DNA of 64,000 nucleotides from Candidatus Pacearchaeota archaeon. GTDB taxonomy: Archaea; Nanobdellota; Nanobdellia; Pacearchaeales; GW2011-AR1. Position 1 is the stretch's first letter. Every line of letters starts with the position of its first letter. Where the stretch lies: assembly GCA_050124795.1 (NCBI GenBank), contig JASFEO010000001.1, forward strand, positions 32,001 through 96,000, given 5' to 3'. The notes under the pieces are model-generated. The model was not told the DNA's origin and made no database searches. It saw nothing but the letters and a program-made list of their open reading frames with translations. A program made the translations under genes and the position numbers. Positions 57,740 to 64,000 of the stretch are shown here, in pieces.

Positions 57740-58114
57740 ATGTATCCAATAGAAAAACTTGTCCTTAGCATGAAACTAAAATCAGTTGCGCAAGGATTAA
57801 GCAATTTAATTAACAGCAGGGAATTAACTAAAGAAAATTCAGAAAATTTTTCCTGGGCAAAAAAACTCATTGCGCAAATGGATTTTCACTCTGAAAAATA
57901 CGCAACAGAAGAAACAAGAGAATTATCAATAACTGCAACAGAATTAAGACCCAACTTTATTTCACAACTTTCAAAATATGGGTTAACTTATGAAGAACTT
58001 GATAAAACTCTCAACCCTAATTATAAATTTCTGCCAACCCTTAATTCTGCATACAGGATTTTCAATAAAATCTCTTCAGAAGTTCATAATGAAATTCCTA
58101 TGGGAAACATCTAA
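57740..58114 (+). CDS. hypothetical protein
   Basis: 124-aa ORF with TATA. Confidence 0.55.
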   Translation: MYPIEKLVLSMKLKSVAQGLSNLINSRELTKENSENFSWAKKLIAQMDFHSEKYATEETRELSITATELRPNFISQLSKYGLTYEELDKTLNPNYKFLPTLNSAYRIFNKISSEVHNEIPMGNI

Positions 58115-58120
58115 GGCTGT

Positions 58121-58447
58121 TTATCCCAATCCATATTTTATTTTTATTTGGTGAAGTCTTTCCCTGAACTTTGAATAAGCTTTGTCATGAGACCCGATTG
58201 TCAAAAACCAAAGAATCCTTTTGTGGATAAAATAAACAACACGTATATTTTTAGTTATCGGCTCTCTATAACAATGCGAACTTCCATGAAGATGCTTTTG
58301 CCTTTTTGGATTTTCAATAATTTTCTTTCTCTTTTTCTCAAAAATCTTAATATCTTTGTCAGATAACTTATCTAAATCTTTAAAAAAACTTTCATGAAAC
58401 TTAATTTCCAACTTAACAGGTGATTCCACGTCTTTTGAGATACTCAT
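58121..58447 (-). CDS. RelE/ParE-family toxin
   Basis: F.KDL.KL...I.ENP...HL.G....YR......RVVY......IGSHD.AY. Confidence 0.8.
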   Translation of the reverse strand: MSISKDVESPVKLEIKFHESFFKDLDKLSDKDIKIFEKKRKKIIENPKRQKHLHGSSHCYREPITKNIRVVYFIHKRILWFLTIGSHDKAYSKFRERLHQIKIKYGLG

Positions 58448-58613
58448 TATAATCCTCTTCAGTTTTTCCCTGAACTTTTCCCATCCTAATATCCTTAATT
58501 CTTTTTTCAGTTATCTCTTTTTGGCTTCTCATCTCTTCAACATCACTAATCAAAATTTCAACTGTTGCAAGAAGCTTATTGAAGTCTGATTTTTTAATAT
58601 TAATATTTTCCAT
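58413..58613 (-). CDS. putative antitoxin
   Basis: small gene overlapping the toxin; KRIKDI..GK...TEEDY..YL..RG. Confidence 0.65.
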   Translation of the reverse strand: MENINIKKSDFNKLLATVEILISDVEEMRSQKEITEKRIKDIRMGKVQGKTEEDYNEYLKRRGITC

Positions 58614-58716
58614 AATTAAATCAACCCTAAAAACTTTATAAATTTACCGAATTAATCTTTGCATTTTCACTAACAACTTTTAAAAAATTTAAATCCTAAT
58701 AACGCAAGGACATAAC

Positions 58717-58742
58717 TAAAATTTTCTCAAAAGAAAATTTTA
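58717..58742. repeat. AT-rich palindrome family copy
   Basis: TAAAATTTTCT-CAAA-AGAAAATTTTA overlapping the RNase J stop. Confidence 0.75.
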
Positions 58743-60083
58743 TATCTTTACACTTTTCCCATCATGCATAATATGAACATTCTTATTAACATCATAACCC
58801 ATTTCTTTTGCAAGTTCCACCATTGGAATTAATTGTTGTGTTGTTCCATGCGACGGTAAAATATGTTCAGCCTGGACAATTGAAAGTAAATCCCTTAAGT
58901 CTTCCCTGCCGCCATGACCTGAAACATGCACTTCATCAAAAAGCCTGACTCCTGATTTTCTTAATCTCTTATCCATGTTCTCCTTATTTGCAATATTCGC
59001 AGGAACAGGAATTGTTTTTGACGAAAAAATAATATTATCATTTGGTGAAAATTCAAAAGGCAACTTTTTCCTCGACAATCTATCCAGAATACTGCCTGGC
59101 TCCCCCTGATGGCCTGTGCAAATAACTAAAGACCTTTCCTTGTCTTTTTTTACTCGTCGCAAAATTGACTCAACCTGTCTTTTATAACTTCCAATTGTGA
59201 TATCTTTTTTAAACGGACACATTCCAACTTCATCTGCTGCAGAAATATATTTATTCATGCTTCTTCCAATAACATAAACCTTCCTGTTTAACTTCTTTGA
59301 ATATTCAACAATTGACTTCAACCTTGCAATATGTGAAGAAAACGTTGCAACAAAAATTGCTGAATTTTCATTTTTTATTGTAAGCATCACTTCCTCCAGC
59401 AAGGCTCTTGCAACCTTTTCACTTGGAGTTTTTTTATTTGAACCAGAATAAAGTGAATCAACAATTAATGCCTTAACACCTTGCTTTGCAATTCTTTTTA
59501 ATGCAGCATAATTCGGAGGAAGACCCATCACAGGCGTATTGTCCAGTTTAAAATCATTTGCATAAAGAATAATCCCCTCTGGCGTGTGCAGGGCGATCAT
59601 TGAAGTGTGAATTGTTGAATGAGTCATGTTAATGAACTCAGCCTTGTAATTTCTCTTTTTACCTTTAATTAAAAAAGTTGAATTTGGGTTCACTGTCACA
59701 ATCTTATTCGGAATTCTTATTCTCTCATCCTGCAAAATTTTTTTCAAAACTGCAATTGTAAAAGGAGTTCCTGCAAGCGGCGCATTATACCGATATGAAA
59801 TATAAGGAATCGCCCCAATGTGGTCAAGATGCGCATGCCCTAAAAGTATTGCCCTGACTTTTTTTCTCAAACCAAGTTTATCCAAAATCAAATCATCAGG
59901 AACCGCCCCGATACTTCTTAATTTTTTTTCAGTATAACTCTCTGGCTGCATTTCCTCTTCCTGCAACTCAACAACTGCCGGCAAATAAAGCCCCATATCA
60001 AAAATAATCGCATCATCACCAAGGTCAACAACAGTCATATTTTTCCCAACTTCATTAAAACCCCCAACACTATAAATTTCCAT
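58740..60083 (-). CDS. rnj: archaeal ribonuclease J (beta-CASP)
   Basis: GGFNEVGKNMT, HAHLDHIG, TFSSHIARL, TGHQGEP, HVSGH. Confidence 0.93.
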   Translation of the reverse strand: MEIYSVGGFNEVGKNMTVVDLGDDAIIFDMGLYLPAVVELQEEEMQPESYTEKKLRSIGAVPDDLILDKLGLRKKVRAILLGHAHLDHIGAIPYISYRYNAPLAGTPFTIAVLKKILQDERIRIPNKIVTVNPNSTFLIKGKKRNYKAEFINMTHSTIHTSMIALHTPEGIILYANDFKLDNTPVMGLPPNYAALKRIAKQGVKALIVDSLYSGSNKKTPSEKVARALLEEVMLTIKNENSAIFVATFSSHIARLKSIVEYSKKLNRKVYVIGRSMNKYISAADEVGMCPFKKDITIGSYKRQVESILRRVKKDKERSLVICTGHQGEPGSILDRLSRKKLPFEFSPNDNIIFSSKTIPVPANIANKENMDKRLRKSGVRLFDEVHVSGHGGREDLRDLLSIVQAEHILPSHGTTQQLIPMVELAKEMGYDVNKNVHIMHDGKSVKI

Positions 60084-60178
60084 TTTCTTATTCTTTTTAA
60101 ACTAAGAAATATCACTTTAAAAATTCTTGTAATTTAATTAAACAATAAATTTATATTCTAAAAAATATACTTTATTAC

Positions 60179-60475
60179 ATGAGAAAATTAAACACAGACA
60201 TTATCTTAAAAAAAATTGAAAAAGAAAAAGCAAAATTAAAGAAAAAAGGAGTTAAAAAAATCGGGCTTTTTGGTTCATATGCAAAAGACTCGCAAAAAAA
60301 AGATAGTGATATAGATTTTTTAATTGAATTCAAAAAAATTGATTTTGACAGATACCTCTATATCCTGAACCTTTTGGAAAAAATATTCAAGAAGAAAATC
60401 GACCTTGTAATTGAAAGCGATTTAAAACCAGAATTAAAATATGTAAAAAAAGAGGCTAAATATGTCAGAATATAA
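60179..60475 (+). CDS. minimal nucleotidyltransferase (MntA antitoxin)
   Basis: LFGSYA...SDIDFL. Confidence 0.9.
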   Translation: MRKLNTDIILKKIEKEKAKLKKKGVKKIGLFGSYAKDSQKKDSDIDFLIEFKKIDFDRYLYILNLLEKIFKKKIDLVIESDLKPELKYVKKEAKYVRI

Positions 60476-60794
60476 TCTTTATCTAAATGGTATTTTAAGG
60501 GCAATCCATAGAATTGAGAATTCTGTAAAAAATAAAGATTTTGAAAAATTTAAACAAGATGATATAATTGATGCAACTTCAATGAGACTTCAAATAATTG
60601 GAGAATCAATCAGAAAATTGGATGCAGGATTAAAAAGAAAATATAAATTAAATTGGGAGAAATATCTTCAAACAAGGAATATCATAAGTCATGCGTATTT
60701 TGCAGTTAATCCAAAAATTCTTTGGTCAATTATAAAAAAAGATATCCCAAAATTAAAAAAAGTCATTAAGAAAATTATTCAAAAAGAAAAATGA
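60462..60794 (+). CDS. HepT/DUF86 HEPN toxin
   Basis: IIGES, RNIISHAY (RX4HXY), ILW.II..DIP.L. Confidence 0.9.
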   Translation: MSEYNLYLNGILRAIHRIENSVKNKDFEKFKQDDIIDATSMRLQIIGESIRKLDAGLKRKYKLNWEKYLQTRNIISHAYFAVNPKILWSIIKKDIPKLKKVIKKIIQKEK

Positions 60795-61066
60795 AACCAC
60801 TAAAACCTTCAATGAAAGAAAACAAAAGATACTTATTTGTTAAAGGGGAAAACCTAAAGCAAAATATTGAGAAATCTATTTTAGAATTTATTGGAATTTT
60901 AGGAATGTCAAAAACTTCTCTTAATTGGATTAAAACAAAAAAAGATTCTGCAATAATTTCTATAAACCGCGAGGCAGTTGATTTAGTCAGAGCAAGTTTT
61001 GCAGTTTATCCTGAAAAAATCTCAGTTGAAAAAGTAAGCGGGACTTTGAAAGGTCTTGGGGAGTGA
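60791..61066 (+). CDS. RNase P protein Pop5/Rpp14 family
   Basis: LKPSMKENKRYL...G..G...VSGTLK. Confidence 0.8.
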   Translation: MKPLKPSMKENKRYLFVKGENLKQNIEKSILEFIGILGMSKTSLNWIKTKKDSAIISINREAVDLVRASFAVYPEKISVEKVSGTLKGLGE

Positions 61067-61067
61067 A

Positions 61068-61400
61068 TTAATAACCAAACCTTCTTTCATAATTTTTATG
61101 ATTAAAATATTCAATTATAATCGCAAGAGTTTCATGTTTATCTCCTGCAACAGAATAAACAAGTCTCCATGCTTTAGGCAATTTATACCAAAATAAATTA
61201 TCAATCTCATATTTTTGAATATACTCTTTTGGGATCAATTCTTTTCTTATTCTTTCACCGCAAAAAACATTTTCTTTTAAATTTTCAATTGCCTTTTTAA
61301 TTGCTTTTTTCAACCAATCATTTTCAGGCAAGGAATTAAATGATTCCTCAATTCTGTCACTCGCAAAAATCACTCCATCAGCCCTTTTAATTGGTCTCAT
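61068..61400 (-). CDS. RelE/ParE-like toxin (paralog of 52891-53223)
   Basis: LIPKEY..KY.I.NL..Y.LP.AWRL.YS...H..YERRF. Confidence 0.7.
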   Translation of the reverse strand: MRPIKRADGVIFASDRIEESFNSLPENDWLKKAIKKAIENLKENVFCGERIRKELIPKEYIQKYEIDNLFWYKLPKAWRLVYSVAGDKHETLAIIIEYFNHKNYERRFGY

Positions 61401-61404
61401 AAAA

Positions 61405-61686
61405 TTAATATCTTTTTTTGTTTAAGAATTTTTGCACTAATTTTGGATTCCAGATATAAATTATAAAATCGCCCTTATCAATTCCAATTTTATTATTTTC
61501 ATAAAGGTATTTAAGAATTACATTAAAAGTTCCCCACATTATTTTTTTCGGCAGATTATTAAATAAATCAGTCTTTCTAAATTCTCCACTGTGTTCCTTA
61601 ATAAATTCGTCGACCATTATAATAGTGTCAAGTCTGGGACTCCTTGTTATTATTTCTTTAATATTAAAATTAAGTTCTTTTTGCAT
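61405..61686 (-). CDS. putative wHTH antitoxin (paralog of 52637-52894)
   Basis: PRLDTIIMVDEFIK...LPKKIMW.TF..IL.YL.E.NKI. Confidence 0.65.
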   Translation of the reverse strand: MQKELNFNIKEIITRSPRLDTIIMVDEFIKEHSGEFRKTDLFNNLPKKIMWGTFNVILKYLYENNKIGIDKGDFIIYIWNPKLVQKFLNKKRY

Positions 61687-61695
61687 TTTATCATC

Positions 61696-61719
61696 TGATA
61701 ATATTATCAATTGATAATA
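61696..61719. promoter_or_regulatory. candidate operator (overlapping palindromes)
   Basis: perfect TATTATCAATTGATAATA (61702-61719) and TGATAATATTATCA (61696-61709) between TATA and start. Confidence 0.6.
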
Positions 61720-61747
61720 CTATTTAAGACTTTTGGTTTTAATTATC

Positions 61748-61903
61748 TTATTTCTTTTTCATCAATTCCCTCTGATTCAACCACATTAAAACAACTGCTC
61801 CAATAATAAAAATCCAGTCAACTAAAAAACTTAAAATTAAAAATCCAATTGCAATTAATGAAAACAAAACAACTTTTTTATTTCTTATTTTTATTCTTCT
61901 CAT
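61748..61903 (-). CDS. small membrane protein (not in ORF track)
   Basis: MRRIKIRNKKVVLFSLIAIGFLILSFLVDWIFIIGAVVLMWLNQRELMKKK. Confidence 0.6.
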   Translation of the reverse strand: MRRIKIRNKKVVLFSLIAIGFLILSFLVDWIFIIGAVVLMWLNQRELMKKK

Positions 61904-62258
61904 CTTCTCTCTTCATTTTTAAAACTAAATTGTCTGCCCATTTTTTTCCTGCGTCCCCTCCCCACAAAAGCCATGCAATATAACCATTAGTTGGATTTTT
62001 TGGATTTGCCCAATCATGCTTTCTGTCTTTTTTATGACGCGAAAAATAATTATGCATTCTCTTAACTGTTCTCGGATTCAATTTATCTCCCTTTGACAAA
62101 TTAACCGCCCTTGCAATTCCTGAACCAATCCCAAGTTTCCCTGCAATCTGCGTTGACAATCCACCTCTTTTAAATTTCTTTCTTAGTTCCAAACCCCGCT
62201 TTGCAGCATCCTGAACATTTTTAGGCGGAATAAAATTAATATCACCATACTTTTTCAT
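61878..62258 (-). CDS. basic protein with virus-associated-looking WLLWGGD domain
   Basis: PP......A.RGL, G.ARA..L, TVKRM.NYF.RH, IAWLLWGGDAG..WA. Confidence 0.65.
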   Translation of the reverse strand: MKKYGDINFIPPKNVQDAAKRGLELRKKFKRGGLSTQIAGKLGIGSGIARAVNLSKGDKLNPRTVKRMHNYFSRHKKDRKHDWANPKNPTNGYIAWLLWGGDAGKKWADNLVLKMKREDEKNKNKK

Positions 62259-62332
62259 AAAAAATAAAAGAATTTTTTAGTTATAAATTTACCTATAAAA
62301 AAATTTAAATACCAAATCCCTTTTTATAAATA

Positions 62333-62725
62333 ATGAAAAAGAGGTTTTCAGGAACTGTCCGTGTCTCGCAAAAATTTGTAACAGCACTCGCAGTTGTCAG
62401 CATAATTGGTTTCTTAGGAATTATCATTTCAAGTTTTTTTGAATTTGATCCATCAGAATATTCTGAATCTTTTTTAATGTTAATCATCGGCGTCGGATTA
62501 ATACTCGAAGCAAAAGTCAAAAAATTAAAATCACTAAAACGCGGAATCACTTCAAACAACATAACCCACTTAACAACAGTCATCATTGGTTTTATTGCAA
62601 TCCTCGCAGGAATTTTCAGTTTCCCCATAATCAGAATTGTAAACCCCTCATTCCTGGCAATAAAAGGAATCATCAGCATAATCGCAATTGTAGTCATAAT
62701 AATCCAAACATGGATAATTGATTGA
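62333..62725 (+). CDS. four-TM membrane protein
   Basis: four hydrophobic helices; TATA upstream. Confidence 0.75.
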   Translation: MKKRFSGTVRVSQKFVTALAVVSIIGFLGIIISSFFEFDPSEYSESFLMLIIGVGLILEAKVKKLKSLKRGITSNNITHLTTVIIGFIAILAGIFSFPIIRIVNPSFLAIKGIISIIAIVVIIIQTWIID

Positions 62726-62726
62726 A

Positions 62727-63338
62727 CTATCTTTTTATCTTGTTCCCATAAACTGTTTTTAAAAAATAATTGCATTCGTCGCAAAAATCAGCCCCTCTCC
62801 CATCTACAACTGCGCGGATATATGCCCGATGACCCAATTTATTAGTCTCTCCTTTACTCATCGGGCAAAGTGCTCCTTTGGCACCAAAATAATAATCCGC
62901 ATGATCAGTTAAACCCAAGTTATGACCCATTTCATGAAGTGAAACTTTGAGAGTTCTCTGAACCAACAACTCATAATCACTCTGGGTCTCAATTCTCTCC
63001 GGACTAAGCCTTCGTATTGAAACAACTGCAACATCATTTTCCGGATTCTTCCCTCCGATAATTGTATTATAAAACGCATCTTCATCTTTTGTTTTTAAAT
63101 CTGCATCAGTAATTCCAAGAGTGTGCCCTCCGAATTCTGTATCCAAAATCCTTGTCAAAAAATATGCATCAATACTTTCTGTTACAGGAGTTTCAAAATG
63201 ACTTAAATCAATATCTCTGATTATTCCATCAAAAGAGTCAATTATCCGCTCCCCGATTTCTTTGAGGGTGGTATAAGACAAAACTTTTCCAAGACGAACA
63301 AGATTTAATCTCGGTATATTTTCCAAACTTGAGACCAT
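62727..63338 (-). CDS. archaemetzincin-like Zn metalloprotease (M54)
   Basis: LGITD.DL, AVVS..RL, HEMGHNLGL.DH, CPMS, FCDEC. Confidence 0.8.
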   Translation of the reverse strand: MVSSLENIPRLNLVRLGKVLSYTTLKEIGERIIDSFDGIIRDIDLSHFETPVTESIDAYFLTRILDTEFGGHTLGITDADLKTKDEDAFYNTIIGGKNPENDVAVVSIRRLSPERIETQSDYELLVQRTLKVSLHEMGHNLGLTDHADYYFGAKGALCPMSKGETNKLGHRAYIRAVVDGRGADFCDECNYFLKTVYGNKIKR

Positions 63339-63390
63339 TAAAATAAAAAGATAAAACACTTTTTATAAATTTGTATAATATAAAATTTAC

Positions 63391-63690
63391 TTAATCCCTG
63401 CATCCCAAACACTCACACAGGCATTTGACCTCTTTTTTAACTATGTCTCCATCTTTTACAACATAAACTTTCTCTCCTCTAAACGAATGATTTGCCTCTG
63501 TAGAAAATCCGTCATTAACACAATCCCGCTGACATTCATATGTGCAGTTTTCTATTTTTGTGAATTCAAGCCTTGCATTGCAATTTATCTCCTTTAAATA
63601 AAACAAAGAATATGTAAGCACCCCGACAAGAACAACAAATAACAAAAGTATCAAAATTCTTGTTATTATTCGAAGTGTTTTCGGTTTCAT
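63391..63690 (-). CDS. membrane-anchored Cys-rich small protein
   Basis: N-terminal TM; C.C motifs. Confidence 0.6.
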   Translation of the reverse strand: MKPKTLRIITRILILLLFVVLVGVLTYSLFYLKEINCNARLEFTKIENCTYECQRDCVNDGFSTEANHSFRGEKVYVVKDGDIVKKEVKCLCECLGCRD

Positions 63691-63779
63691 CTCTTTTAAA
63701 TTAAAAGAAAATAATCTTTTTATACTTTATGAGTCCCCATTTCAATAATCTTTTTATAATCCAACTTTCTTTATTTTCC

Positions 63780-64000
63780 ATGTATAAAAAATACTTAATC
63801 ATTGCAAGCAAAAGCGATTTAGCAGGAGTTAACATTACAACACAATTAAGCCAATTCAGAAAAAACCCGCTTTTAACAGGAATGCAGGATAAACCAAATT
63901 TTGATTTTTATTTAAGAGATGAAGAAATAATTTCAGATGAAAATCTTGATTTAGAAAAAATAAATAATTATGATTTTATTATCTTTGCTTCAAAACACGA
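63780..64000 (+). CDS. dtdA: archaeal D-aminoacyl-tRNA deacylase (3' truncated by window)
   Basis: MYKKYLIIASKSDLAGVNI...DFIIFASKH; open to window end. Confidence 0.8.
   Translation, partial: MYKKYLIIASKSDLAGVNITTQLSQFRKNPLLTGMQDKPNFDFYLRDEEIISDENLDLEKINNYDFIIFASKH

Noticed and set aside
62305-62784. 159-aa minus-strand ORF and other overlapping opposite-strand ORFs in the track
   Set aside because: Antisense shadows of better-supported genes.
1-64000. CRISPR array, rRNA, provirus, DGR/retron
   Set aside because: No regularly spaced repeats, rRNA-like tract, integrase, capsid/terminase or reverse transcriptase was seen.

Overview
AT-rich archaeal chromosome segment, most consistent with a DPANN archaeon (Pacearchaeota/Woesearchaeota-like, inferred from gene content). 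Evidence: aIF2-beta, aIF1A, Dim2/KH, FtsZ2-type, Taw3, GatB, class I LysRS, ArgRS, a short histone, Mre11/Rad50, RNase J, Pop5, DtdA, SRP RNA, and mostly leaderless genes with TATA boxes about 25 nt upstream. The core genes are interleaved with ORFans, about 8 toxin-antitoxin pairs, a Cys-rich/PKD surface-protein cluster and a small MITE-like element. No CRISPR array or rRNA was seen. The most striking signal is at the two tRNA genes. (1) tRNA-Asn(GTT) has a 38-nt bulge-helix-bulge intron at non-canonical position 15/16. An HTH + PD-(D/E)xK-like nuclease gene reads through tRNA exon 1 and stops inside the intron, and a decayed copy of exactly exon 1 sits just upstream of the nuclease gene. This suggests a tRNA-targeting, intron-coupled homing/insertion cassette. 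(2) An intact tRNA-Leu(TAA) is nested inside about 365 nt carrying colinear fragments of the same tRNA whose flanks can base-pair around it. All product calls are motif-based by eye; no database searches were run.
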